From: a virus
Lineage: Duplodnaviria > Caudoviricetes
Strand: one strand, 5' to 3'
Length of the DNA: 64,000 bases
IMG/VR virus record: IMGVR_UViG_3300035517_000383
Span: 32,001 to 96,000 of that record
Shown: positions 10,206 to 22,988 of the stretch, piece after piece
How positions within the stretch are numbered: the stretch's first letter is position 1
Layout of the letters: every line of letters starts with the position of its first letter
Position numbers and translations under genes: made by a program
Notes under the pieces: generated by a model
Databases searched by the model: none
Seen by the model: only the letters and a program-made list of their open reading frames with translations
Told to the model about the DNA's origin: nothing

Positions 10206-13200
10206 TTACTTTACGTTGTCATACCAATTAACATTATAACTATTCGTATCATCATTATTCGGTATGTATAAGCCATTACTTTTAAATTTTTCCCAGTTGT
10301 AGCCACTATAATTATTATACCATACCTTATAATCTGTTCTCATAAGGTCAACATTACTAATTTCTCGCTCTGTTGCCTTTACCCATTTTCCATAATTTGT
10401 AGTACTAGGGGTGCCGCCTTGTCTAATCCAAACTCTTTGTGCAAATTCACCATTAGCTTTAAATACTGAAATTGTAACTTGGTCAGTTAGATTTAGGAAA
10501 GGATATCCGTTATTTTTAATAGCAGTATATATATCATAAGCAATTGGATTACTTTCTTTAAATGAACTAATATAAGTATCTGTCAATGTTTTTCTTAAAG
10601 CAGTATAAGAACTAATCCACCAGTCATTATTATTTAAGATATTATTAGAGTCATAAACAGTTTTAGAATTACGATTTGCAGCACTTAATTCTAAATATGT
10701 TCTTTCTGTAAAATTAAAATCTGATTCTGCATTAGTATATAAACGAGTATAAGCGCCAATACCAACATCAATGTGAGTAACGCACCAATTGTCTTTTGTA
10801 AGCCTTGTGTCTCCATCTTTTAAAAGTAATAAAAGCTGGCTGAATTGATTGCCGCCACCAGAGCCTGTTCCCTTGTAAGATGTAATTATATTTTTTCCAT
10901 CTTCATTTTTTGTTTCAAAAACAGATGCAAAAGTGGCAAAATTACTACTAGAATTAGAATTGGTATTGTAATAATCCTTATAATAAATAGAATTATAATT
11001 TCCTACCTTTAATACACATCCTGCCGCAAAACCATATGAATTTCCACCATAATTCTTTAGTTCCAGCTGCTTTAATTCTCCATTTTCAATAACCCAGTAT
11101 TTATAAATATTTGTGTCACTGCCATTTAAATTATATTGTACGCTATGGTCACCATAAAATAATTGTATTAAATTGTTTTTATGTTCAATATAATCACTAT
11201 TAATATAAGCTTCTAAAACAGCCTAATCTGATTTTTGCTAATTTGAAGTTGTATAATTTGCCTTTAAATCATCTAATGAACTAAATTCATAGCTATTGCC
11301 AAGTTGTAAAGGAATTAATTTTAAAGAAGAAAAATTTAAAGTATAGGTTAAAGTATTGGTTACTTTATAATAACTAATCAATTCTCCTTGATAATAACCC
11401 TAAGAAATATCTACTGAATTAATTTCATCATATGAATCTGGGGTAAAATTCCCGTCTTTAATTGTTAAGGTTGCATTAAGATAATTAAATTCTTTTACTA
11501 AATTTTCGTCTTTTCCTATTAACTATCTACCTATATCTTTAATATAAATAGTCAATGAATTAAGCTAAACTTCCTATTTTTCCTCAGAGTAAGAAGATTC
11601 AATTAAAATTTCTTCTCTAAGTAATCCATAAAAACGTCTAGGAGTTTCTTCATAGAAACTACTATTTAAAGGAGAATAATAATCATAAATACTTTCTTGC
11701 TCATTAATTGCATAGATTTTATTTTGTAGCGTTTCATCAGTCGCCAAATCTATATTCCAAAAAGAACCATCAGAAATCAATGGTATTTCAGTTTGCCACT
11801 TATCTGTGTTCCTGTTATATAATAATACATAAGGATAAACAGATTTACTATAATAATTCTCCTCGTAGTTATTTTCTCGAATAATTGGTAAAATACAAAG
11901 ATTGCAGTCTGTATAAGTTTTTACTAAATAATCTAATCTATTCTTTAACGTTGATAAGTCTTCCGTTTTAGTGTTATCAAAATTATCATATTTAAAAAAG
12001 GATTGAAATTCTGAATTTGGAATATATACAGCCTCTGTATGAATTTTTGAATAGTGAGGTTTTTCTATTAAAGATGCTAAATTAGCCCAAAGATATAATA
12101 TATTTTCCCACAATTGTACTACTTCACTTAATAGGTCTTCCGCCGCCTTAGCGTAGGGAGCATTATCTCCGAATAAGTAGCTGCTTACTGCCGCGAGTGT
12201 CTAACCAATAACCCAAAAATTTCTATTTAAATCTTCAACTTCAACAAATCGAGAATTTTTAGGCATAATTAAACGAATCCATTTTTCTAAAAAGTTAGAT
12301 TTCCCTTGTTCTAATTTTTTCTCTTCTTGTTGATTTAACTCATTTTTATCTATATTATTTAAAGATGAATCTAATTCTATATCTTTATAAGTCTTTGCAT
12401 TTAGCTCTTTGCTATAATCATCTTCTAATTTTTTTAGTTCTTCATGAGACATTTTTTTATAATAATCTTTTAAAACCCAAATGTTATTAGTATAATCACA
12501 AAAATATTGAGATAATAAATTCTATTTAATCTAATAGTCTAAACCAGTAATATCACTATAAGGTTGTCGAGTAAATTGTAATTCTTCTTTATTAGAAAGC
12601 ACCTCTTCAATTTTATCATTACCTCGTACTTTACTATATGAATCACCATTAACATTATACCATGGTACTACCCACGGATTTATAACTTCATAAATTGTTT
12701 TATTTTTATATTTTATAGGATATTCCCTTAAGGTTCTGTTTTCTGAAACAAAATTTTTTCCTGCGTCTGCCTCTTTTAAATCTGAAATTCTAAAAGATGT
12801 ACCATTATTATCTTCTATAGTTGTATCTATAGCTCCAAAAAGTAAATCTGAAATTACATTACCATTTTCATCTACATAAATACCAGCAGGAATTTCTTCT
12901 TTTGTATTAGGATTAACCCATTTCTAGTTTTCCCATGCCGCAATACCATCTGGGTCTATATTATTAATAAAATTTACTAAAGCTTTACTTAAAGATTCAT
13001 TCCATACATAGTCAGTCACATTTGATGTAAATCCCGTTGATGAATTTAAATCCCATTTATCAATTTCTTTTAAATAAAAGTCTTGTATTGAATCAAAAAA
13101 ACCTAATTCGCTATTATCACTATCTTTTAAATCAGCATTCTTGTCTATCGTTTTTATTAAAGAACCATTAATATCTTTCTGAGAAGTTCCATTTGTTATA

Positions 13201-13292
13201 TCAAGAATATTTAGAAGCTCTTCCCATAAAGTTTGTAATTCTTCATTAGAAAAATCATCTACAGAACTATTCATCAATTCTTCATATGTCAT
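10206..13292 (-). CDS. large probable virion protein, paralogue B (1028 aa, TAG=Gln)
   Basis: ORF pieces 12924, 12201, 11574 and 10206 share one frame; the junctions checked are TAG; same conserved block as A and C. Confidence 0.75.
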
Positions 13293-16200
13293 TCAATTTC
13301 ACCTCCCACATTTTTAGGTAAGCTTCTAAAATCAAAATTTAAACTATAGAAGCCTTCAGGACTTTCAACCCCGTATTCTTTCATATTCTCTTTTGTATAT
13401 GACCAATATGCAGTATTACCATTAAGTTTATTTATTAATTGTTTTCCACCAATAAATTCTCCAGAAATTTCACCATCTACAATTTTATATTTATAACTAC
13501 ATACATATCTGTTTTCTGGTGTCGTTAATGTAAATGCTCTGTCTATTACTGTTAAATAAAATTCTTTGGAATTAATTTTTCCTGCTTCATCAAAACTAAA
13601 AGTTTCATTGTTAGCATTACATAAAATTGTACCATTATATATTCCGCTAGTAACGGAGTCAACATACGAATTATTAGAATGAGATAAATAAATTCTAATA
13701 TCATTGGGGTTAGGATTAGTTGGTAAATACATAAGGCCAACGTTATTTTCATCTGTATAACGACCAGCAACAGTTTTATTGCTATTATTAGTATATTTAC
13801 CTGAATCTGCTAAATAGCCTAAATATTTTGATATAGGGACTCCCGGCACAGAAGTAACAGCGGGATATATACAATCCGCCTAATCTTGCCAATAGGGGTC
13901 TATAGTTATGCCCTTCCATTTTGGAGCTAAGTTAAAATAGTGCATATCTACTGTTCCATCTCTAAATTTCTTAATTATACCAAGATACTTACAAACTTCA
14001 AAAAGGTTTGATTTGTTTTTTCCATTTTCATCACCTTGGCTCTTTATAAAATATTTAAAAATTAAAATTTTTCCAGTTCCATTTTCTAATTCAACTGCTT
14101 TTTCTTCAAGTTTTTTCTTCATTGTCTCTTCATATTCATACGCTTCTGGATTATAAGCCCCCTCTTCGTACTAGTCTGTTATATCAATTCCAACAAATTC
14201 ATAACTACTACCCAAATCAATTTTTTCCAAAACCTCTGTTAAATAGCTATTACACTCTCCTAAATAATAACCCTTTTCTATCTAAATAGAAGATGCCGTT
14301 ATATCAGCTATATCTGGAAAAATTTCGTTTAAAGAAGTCGTTGAGTCTTTTTCTGAGAAATTATCATTTTGCCAAAGAGCCAAAGTGTTTGAATTATTCT
14401 AAATAAAAAGCTCTCGTGATACATCATAAAAAGCCAAAGTAAAATCTTTAATTTTTATAATTCCATCTTCATATTCAGCTTTTATTGTTGGAATTGTTCT
14501 ATCCGCCGCAAAATAATAACCTCCATTACATTGCTAACGAGTTCCCAATAATGAAGCCTAAAAATTTTGAACAGACTGATAATGGTTATTATACTTTCTA
14601 AAGCCAGAGATTCTTCTTGTTATTCTATCGTTCACATCTGATAAATCAATTTTAGTAGAATGAGAATAGCTTGTATAACAATAAGGGTCTAAACTCTCTA
14701 TTGTATCACAAAATCTTTTCCATCCATCTGGAGTATTTGAATATTCATTATTTTCACAGGCTGCTATAAATTGTAATATATAACTAGAATATATTGCATC
14801 AATTGTTGCGCCGCCGCTAGCATAATTTAATAATTCAATTTGTTTCTTAGTAAGATTTTCTGGGCTTTCCGTTTGAATTTGAGCATAATAAGAAAGCACA
14901 TTATTCGCATCTTCTTTATCTACGATGCCATTATCATTGATATCAGGGAAATATATATATTTAGAACCCTTAACTTCTGAAAAAATAGTGTAAGCAACTT
15001 TATTACTATTTCTATTATAAAAAATAACGCCGGGATAGATAACTGTATTATAATAATTATGTTTATAATTATTAAATCTAATTTCTGGAACTACAACTAA
15101 ATTACTTTCACTATACTAGTCTTTTAAATATTTTAATCTATTCCAACATTTTTCTAAGGTCTATCTTTTTGTCTATTCGTTAATGAAAGTGCTGTCATTA
15201 TCAAAATTATCAAATTTTATATAACTTTGAATTTCATCATTAGTAATAGGCATGAAAATCGTTTGAATATCTGTATATTCTTTTCTTTGTGATAGTGCGG
15301 CAGCAGCAATCCAAAGGAACAATACATTTTGCCATAACTATAAAATTTCATTTAATAAGCCTTTTAATGCTTTTATTAAAGGAGAATCTTCACTAAACAA
15401 ATAAGAACTAATGCCAGATAAAATTTGAGCAACAACCCAAAAATTTCTATCTAAATCTTCTACCTCAAAATGTCTTTGATACATTGGCATAATTAATCTT
15501 ATCCATTTTTCAAAAACATCTTGTCCATTAATTATTTTTTTAGGTATATACATTTTATTATTTTCAGTACTATACAAATACCAACCCTCTGGAGTATTTG
15601 GATATTCACTTTCGATAAAGCTAAGAACCTAAGAAGCATACAAAGCATTTCCACTTTGCTTATTTGCTATGCCACCACCATCAAGTAATAATTGCTCTTG
15701 TTTGCTTGTTAAAGAAGTTTCTTTTCCAGTACCATAATCAGCATAATATTGCTCAATTAAAGAAGCATCATTTTGAGATAAAACTCCATCCCCATCTAAA
15801 TCTGGGAATGCATAAGTAATTATAATTCCTGCTATATCTAAAATAGTTGACACAAGAATACCAGAAGCATCTTCTATTTCATTAATTTTTGCAGAAGAAA
15901 AATCTGAATCAATTAGTTGTTTCAAGTAATTATCAAAATTATCCTTAAACCACTAGATTTTAATTTTTAAAATTTCTTCATATTCCTCATCCGTAATTGA
16001 TATAGATTCTAAATTCTTTTCTATAGCTTTTTCCGCCCATGTCTTAATTTTCTATTCAATATTCTCATCACCATTATTTATATAGAAATAGGGCTTACGG
16101 GTAAATTGAAGATTTTTACTACTTTGTAATGTTGAAGAAATACTATCTTCATCTCTTACTTCTTTATAAGTTTCTAAATCTATATTAAACCATGGCCGCA

Positions 16201-16795
16201 CCCATTTACCATCTTTGTCAAAACTATTTCCAGCATTGCCATTGATGATATCCTAAATTCTAAAAGAAACTTTAGTTCCATTTGAATTAACTCCCATTGG
16301 TATTGCACCACCAGTGTCGCCAGATGAGATTTGTTTATCTGTTGGGTCATTTCCTTCAATTTTTTTAATACTATCAGGAAATAAGTGCTGCAAACAATAA
16401 GAAATTAGCTTACTAACAGACTCATTCCAATAATACTCCGATTCGCTATTAGTTCCATTTAAAGTACTGTTATCAAGATTTTCATTTTTATCTAACTTAT
16501 CAGAAGTATAATATTTTTCTATTAAATCATTTACAATATTATCTAAATCTGCTTTTTCATTAATATAATAAAAAACAGATTTATTAGACATATCGTCTTC
16601 TCGAACTCCGTAATGAGATAAATCAATTTCTTCATTTTTTAAATACTCTATTAAATACTTCCAAAAATTATCTTGTTCTTCCTCACTTAAACCTTGGAAG
16701 GCCGCACCACAGAAATTTTCATAAGTAATTTCGGGATTATCATTGCTATTAATTAATTTATCTATAAGTTCATTAAAAATATTTTGTTGACTCAT
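13289..16795 (-). CDS. large probable virion protein, paralogue A (1168 aa, TAG=Gln), with two dockerin-like inserts
   Basis: Six ORF pieces in one frame joined at TAG; PDLDGDGVLSQNDASLIEQYYA and PDINDNGIVDKEDANNVLSYYA Ca-loop/helix motifs. Confidence 0.75.
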
Positions 16796-16821
16796 TTATT
16801 ATCACCACCTGTGATATTATT

Positions 16822-17124
16822 TTAAAGAGGGTATTTAAATTTTGTTATTATTTCTTTAAAAGTGTCCCAGCCGTACATAGCGATAAAAGCAACAACAAAA
16901 CTACCTACAATTCCTAATAAAATTAATTTTAAACTAAGTGTACAAAAAATTAAAATAAAACCAATAGTTAAAATTAAAGAAATGATTATAACTAAAGCTT
17001 TAGTAGGAAAGCTATTGGGGATAATCTTTTTTAAAACCTCAGTAACAATACTAACTAAAGCTGCAAGTATTCCTATTACTCCTAAAGAAGTACTCGCTGA
17101 AATACCAAAAACAGTTTCTAACAT
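16822..17124 (-). CDS. putative holin (3 TM)
   Basis: Three hydrophobic segments; next to the endolysin; GGAGG RBS favours the ATG at 17124. Confidence 0.65.
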   Translation of the reverse strand: MLETVFGISASTSLGVIGILAALVSIVTEVLKKIIPNSFPTKALVIIISLILTIGFILIFCTLSLKLILLGIVGSFVVAFIAMYGWDTFKEIITKFKYPL

Positions 17125-17237
17125 ATTAACGCCTCCTCTGTAAAATATTGTAATAATTTCAAGAATAAAACCCATTCTTGACCTTTAATAAAAAGTAAAA
17201 AATTAAGGGAAACACTCTAATGTTCCCCTTAATATTC

Positions 17238-18470
17238 TTATTTCTTAACAATTACAGCTTGTATTTTATCAATAGGTTTACCAAAAGAACCTGCATAATC
17301 AGTATCTTGAATTACCCAATCGTAATAGTTCTTTGAAGAAGTTGTTGAAACTCTATATTTAACTTGATATTCGTCACAGTTACTTAATACCATTTGAATA
17401 GCATCAATTTGCTGACTTTTTAATCCAGCACAGCCTATGTTCCAATCATTTATATTATATTTTGTAATCCAGCTAAGCCAGCCGCCATTCTTAATATGAA
17501 CACGATATTTTAAAGTTCCTTTTGTTACTGTTGCGGCAAGTCCACTAATAGCTTTGTTTTCAACACCAGAATATCCCATATCATTTGTATCATTATAATT
17601 TGTAATTTCACTATACCATTTTCCATTAGTATATACTCGATATTTTATATCGGGAACTGTTGTGGAACTAGATGTTGAAGTTGAAGCATTATTACTATAA
17701 ACACTTTTTCCATTTTCATCAAAAACACTATATCCAGTTTTACAAGCTTTCTTTGCGTTTTCAAGAGAGGAATATGCTCCAATTTGAGAAGAAGCATCCT
17801 CCCATGCTTTTCTTACTCTATAAGTAACTGTTTTCGTTGCTGCCGCAGCGACATTTGTAGAATTATTGTTGCCTTTTAACTTATTTAATGCTGTTGAAAC
17901 ATTAGTTTTAAAAGTTGACCAATGCGGCAAAATATAGATGGGACAATTCTTCTTTGAATTCGAAGCAGTATTAAGATAATCAATTGTACCGGTTTTTCCA
18001 TCTTTAACATTAAGCCAATGAGTATGAGTAAATAAATTCTTTTCAACAGTTAAATTGTAAAGATTCAATAAATAAGCAACCAATTTAATAGCATTAGCTT
18101 CTGCTTTAGTAGAATTACCAATTACCTCAATCGCAATAGTCTTTCTATTGCCGTCACCATTTCCATCTGCAGCGTGCCAGCCAGACAAAGTTAAAGGTAA
18201 ACATTGCCAAGCACAAATATCATCTACATAAAAATGTACTCTTACATCCTTCATATTTCCATTTACAGTACTTCTTAAATATTGTTCTGCCATTGTTGTA
18301 CTTGAAGATACTGAAATAGCTTCTGTGTTATGAACCGTTACACCCAAAGGAACAGAAGGAAGATTGGCTGTTGGCATATCTATATTATTAGGATTGTGTT
18401 TAGTAAGTAAATATTCTTTTACTGTCAATCCATTTGCATTATAAGTTTTATCAGGATTTAAAAAACTCAT
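17238..18470 (-). CDS. endolysin, N-acetylmuramoyl-L-alanine amidase (Amidase_2) with C-terminal cell-wall-binding repeats
   Basis: VTVHNT, VHFYVDD, GWHAADG.GN.KTIAIE, THTHW and KNCP motifs; C-terminal YRV..W repeats. Confidence 0.9.
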   Translation of the reverse strand: MSFLNPDKTYNANGLTVKEYLLTKHNPNNIDMPTANLPSVPLGVTVHNTEAISVSSSTTMAEQYLRSTVNGNMKDVRVHFYVDDICAWQCLPLTLSGWHAADGNGDGNRKTIAIEVIGNSTKAEANAIKLVAYLLNLYNLTVEKNLFTHTHWLNVKDGKTGTIDYLNTASNSKKNCPIYILPHWSTFKTNVSTALNKLKGNNNSTNVAAAATKTVTYRVRKAWEDASSQIGAYSSLENAKKACKTGYSVFDENGKSVYSNNASTSTSSSTTVPDIKYRVYTNGKWYSEITNYNDTNDMGYSGVENKAISGLAATVTKGTLKYRVHIKNGGWLSWITKYNINDWNIGCAGLKSQQIDAIQMVLSNCDEYQVKYRVSTTSSKNYYDWVIQDTDYAGSFGKPIDKIQAVIVKK

Positions 18471-18485
18471 AATATATCAACCTCC

Positions 18486-18788
18486 TCAATCATTTAAAAT
18501 ATTTGTTAAACTTTCTATAATTCTAACTTCATTTTCAGTTAGTTCTTCTTGTGTCTAGCTAATTTCTTTTATTGCACCTAAGACAATTTTTATTTTATTT
18601 TCATGTTTTGCTTTATTATAATAAAAACCAGTGGCGGCGGCACATTCTGTAAAAACAGACGGTACTATATAACACAATGGTTCATATGTTTCAAATTTAA
18701 ACATAATAATTCCAGAAAAAATTAATACTATTAAACTTATAATAGAGGCAAAACCTAAAAGAATTTTGGATGTTTCTATAATACTCAC
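18486..18788 (-). CDS. putative holin/membrane protein (1 TAG)
   Basis: Two TM segments and FYYNKAKHENKIK; read-through of TAG 18555 to TGA 18486. Confidence 0.65.
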
Positions 18789-19216
18789 CTCTTAAAAATA
18801 GATATATAAGTCGGTTTTTGTTCTTTAAAAAATTTATATCGAATAAAATCATCTAAAAAAATAACTAAAAAACTAATTAAATACCACAAGATTGAAAAAG
18901 GTAAACATATTTGTCCCTTTATATTAAAAAGTATATTAGAATAATCCCAAACATTCCATTGTAAAATAATATTTACTATTATACCAGTAATAAATTCTGC
19001 TATAGTAATAATTATTGCACCAATTAAACTCTATATTTCTATAAACATATCCCAAGAAAACAAATTATTAATTAATCCAACTAAAACAAAACATAGTCCT
19101 CCGAGAATAAACATTGTCCAATGGGTATGTCCTCTCCATAAAATTTCTATTAAATTATAGCTTGCGCCGCCAAAGAGAAATAAAAATAAATATTTTATAA
19201 TACTTGTAACTTTCAT
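18785..19216 (-). CDS. CmpB/ABC type IV-like membrane protein (1 TAG)
   Basis: EILWRGHTHWTMFILGG, then past the TAG: ITIAEFITG..VWDYS..NIKGQICLPFS family motif. Confidence 0.75.
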
Positions 19217-20016
19217 TACATATTCACTATTTCATTAATAATATCTTGATATTCCTGCTTTAATTCAATACCATATTCAACAGCTTGAATTTCCTGAATA
19301 TCATCCATTTCTAGTATCTAATGTTTCAAAAGATTAAAATAAGTAGTATGATAAATAATCCATGCAGATGCGGCATTAACTAAACCAACAATTTCATCTG
19401 GAGTAAAAACTCTACATACTTCATCGTCTGCGTGATAAGGAACTGATTTACCTTGTGCGGCCAAAGAATAAAGAGTTATTAAATTGATTTGGTCTGTAGT
19501 ATTAAGTCTATAATGCTTTTCATTGTAGTCTATTCCATTAGTAATTGTCGTTTGACTATAAGCCATCATTTCAATAATTTTTTTATTTCTTTCTTCATCT
19601 AAAGAATCGCCGGTTGTCAATTCATCATTCTAAAGATTGTTAATTTCATTTCGAATACCAATTCTATTATACAAAAGCTCAGAAAAATCATATGGAAGTA
19701 CAGAACCTAACATATAACTTTCTATACATTTAATTACCTAATAATCTGTATTTGTTAATTGCTTTTTAAGTAATGAAGTTTTTTCATTTGTAAAACGTAT
19801 TTGTTCATTCCTTTTACTAACTTCAAGCCAAATTTCTTTATTAAGTTCTATATCCTTATCTATATCCTCAGATTTCTGAGTAATTTCATATTCATTATAT
19901 GAGTAAACATTATCTTGGGTCTAAGTAATATTCTCTCTAAAATAAATTTTATAATATTGAGGAACTAATTCTATATATTCCAAGGGTTTAACTTCTTCAC
20001 TAGAATATTTTAACAC
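19216..20016 (-). CDS. DUF4376-like tail-fibre-associated protein (several TAG)
   Basis: GTG at 20016 with GAGGTG RBS; DQINL..YHADDEVCR..TTYFNLL; frame runs to TAA 19216 through TAGs. Confidence 0.65.
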
Positions 20017-20030
20017 TTAAACTTCACCTC

Positions 20031-21401
20031 TTAATAATTTAGATATTCAATTTTTGCATAAGTAAAATATCCGTTACTAGCCTTAATAGTACCTCGTAAA
20101 ACTAAATAATAGTCTCCAAAGTCAACTGATGAAAAAGTTGTTGAAATAGCCAAACCAGATGCACCACCAGAAATATTAAGAGCTTTATATTCAACATAAT
20201 CTTCTGCATCTATCTTTTGTCTTATACTAGCCATAATTTCATCAATAGTATTACCAGAAGCTTTTACTAAGCATAAATTACAATCAGAACTCGTCCAAGT
20301 AGATTGATAAGTTGTTATAAGAATAGCTAATGTATCTGCTTGAATGGTAATTGGAGTAGAAAATGTCATCATATTCTCTGTGGCATTTGAAGTAGACCAG
20401 TTATCCATTTGAATACCATACTTTCTTTCTTCTGGTGCTATGTAAGAATTAACCGTACCTATACTACCATATCTATTATTCTGCTGTTCTAGAGAAGCAA
20501 ATTGAGTATTCTCTGTTTCAGAGATATAAATTGTTTTTCCATATGTATTTAAGGTTTCTTCTGGGGACGAGAAAGATGTGGTATCTAATAATACTTGACT
20601 ATAAACACTTCCTGAAGACTCGCTTGAATAAGTTCCTGTAACTCCCCAAATTGTTACTCCTTTTTTAATATTACTTGCTATAAAATTTTCGTCACCTTGA
20701 ATTGTAAAGGTTTTTTGTCCCTCACAAATTACTGGTCCTTGAATTATCTAATCAACATCTGTCGGAATATAAATTTCATCAGCAATTGACTTAGCTATAC
20801 CAACAACTTTTGCACCATTAATAAACGCAACCATTCCCTCTTGAACGTTAGAAGAAGAAGCTGTTTTATTTGATAATTCTGTTGTATCAATCAAATTGGG
20901 ATTTGTACCAACAATTTTCTCTCCATTAACATAGGCGGAAGTTCCATAAACAAGGTCTGCTGACGTTGCAGTTGCATCAGAAGTGTCTAATCCTTCTATA
21001 GAACCTTTATAAGAACCATCTACCTCAAAAATAGTTATTCCATCTTTGATATTTTCTGGAACTAAATTCTCATCACCTTTAATAGTTTGTTTACCAGCAA
21101 TGTAAATTCCAGAGCTAATAGTTTTATCAATAGTTGAAGGTACAATAGTTTGTTCTTCTTGTGACAAGATTGTCCCTACTATTTTCTCATTATTCACATA
21201 GGCAATTTTATTAAGTAAAATATCATTTTCTGTTGCTGTTCCATCAGTAGTATCAATTCCTGTTTCTATTTCTAAAACTTTTGGAACTAAAGAATTAAAT
21301 TTTTCCGTGACTTCTGCGGCAACCCCTTTAGCATTTAAGTTTTCCGCTAAAGATTCTTTTTGCTTTTTTAGTTCAATTAATTTTTCAGAAATTGTAGACA
21401 T
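20031..21401 (-). CDS. tail fibre-like protein (1 TAG)
   Basis: Repeated TATxxDxxxGxxAYVNGEKIVGT and IKGDENLVPENIKxGxTIxxVxG units; 20748 and 20031 ORFs are in the same frame. Confidence 0.7.
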
Positions 21402-22690
21402 TAATCACTCACCTCAACTAAAGTACTAAGTGCTAAATCTATATCTCCTAAAATTTCATCTATATATTCTTTAATTATTTTATTTTGAACAGGATTTTCA
21501 CTAGTATCGCTAATTGCAGAATCTACTACAATTACAGTATCGCTTCCTTCTCCGTCTTTACCATTTACCACATTAAAAGTAGAAGAAGTATTGTCGCTAT
21601 AATTAATAGTATAAGTATCTGTTGCTCCCGCAATTCCCGCATCTTCGCCATGAGTACTGGAAGTAAAATTAATTGATATAATTCCTCTACCGGTGTCACC
21701 TTTTAACCCCTGTTCACCTTGTGGACCTTGTTCACCAGTATCACCTTTATCACCCTATGGACCAGTTTCACCTTGTAATCCTTGAATACCTTGCTCACCT
21801 TGTGGGCCTTGCTCACCCTGTTCACCCTGAGGACCCTGAGGACCTTGTTCACCAGTATCACCTTTAGGACCTGTTTCTCCAGTGTCACCCTTGGGACCTT
21901 GTTCACCTTGCAATGATTTTAGCCAATCCGTCTCTGTTCCCTCAAAACCATTTTCAACAGCAACTTCATAAGCGGATTTTCCATTTTTAATTATAGAGGT
22001 GTCTATTTCAACCTAATCTGTATCAGGATTGTATTTTAGACCATAACCAATTTTTATACCACCGAGTATATCTTCCGTTGCTTGCGGCAACGTATAAGTT
22101 GTTCCAGTCCATTCTAAAGCTGTTTCAATGTTAGAAGATGAGTTTCCAGTAGTATAATATACTGAACTCCATTTATAGGGATATACAGAAATAGAAGTGG
22201 CATCACACCAATATATATATTGTCCACCACTACCTTTAGTGATTTGTACTTGAATTTCTGCCGCCTAAGTAAGTTGGGGGTCTATATCTGTAGAAGCTGG
22301 GGGATAAATATTACCAGTAATAATAGTATTAACGGGAAGATTTAAGCTATTAACTTCACTTAATATAGTTTGTAAGTCCTTTCCAGTGGTTGTAATCCCT
22401 AATTCTGAAAAAGTAACAAAATTATAATTTCCATCAATAGCATTTAATATGTAAGTTAAAGCTTCTTCAACATTAGAAGCAACTGAAGAAGTATAAGCTA
22501 TATCTTTAGAATCAAATTTAATAATATCTCCTACGTAACTTTTTACACCGTTTAGATTCTGCTGAAGTTTATAAGATACGATATTATTTTCTTCTAATTT
22601 TACAATACTATATCTAATTAATTCAGAACTTCCTGTGCCGCCACCAGAACTACCAGAACCATTACCAATAAAAGGATTAAAAAATTCCAT
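21401..22690 (-). CDS. collagen-like tail fibre protein (2 TAG)
   Basis: After TAG 22265: [41 protein letters not shown], then a Gly-X-Y run, ending at TAA 21401. Confidence 0.8.
21692..21909 (-). repeat. collagen Gly-X-Y coding repeat
   Basis: [24 protein letters not shown]...; 9-nt periodicity. Confidence 0.85.
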
Positions 22691-22702
22691 TTAAATCACC
22701 TC

Positions 22703-22987
22703 TTAAATGATATAATATATATCGCCAGAAAAACCAGAGTCAAAGACTAAGGAATTAATTCTTTGGTGACGTTCAGTAGTATATGGTGTAATAAAATATC
22801 CACACTGAGGTATTTTTAAGGTATTGTCCCCATTAATTGTAAATTCTAACCCAGTTGCTCCTTCAAAACCAACATAATCAAGATAAAAAGGACTTTGGTA
22901 TAATCCTTTTTCTTTTAAATCTTTTTCAATTAGTTCAACAACATTCTCTCCTGCTGGCGCGCCGCCACTGTACATTCTATAATTCAT
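22703..22987 (-). CDS. hypothetical protein
   Basis: ORF with GGAGG RBS. Confidence 0.65.
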   Translation of the reverse strand: MNYRMYSGGAPAGENVVELIEKDLKEKGLYQSPFYLDYVGFEGATGLEFTINGDNTLKIPQCGYFITPYTTERHQRINSLVFDSGFSGDIYYII

Positions 22988-22988
22988 A

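Noticed and set aside
8646-16795. Diversity-generating retroelement acting on the paralogous genes
   Set aside because: No reverse transcriptase and no near-identical TR/VR pair with adenine-specific differences seen
21703-21906. [15 protein letters not shown].. and antisense ORF 21485-21676
   Set aside because: Alternate-frame shadows of the collagen tail-fibre gene
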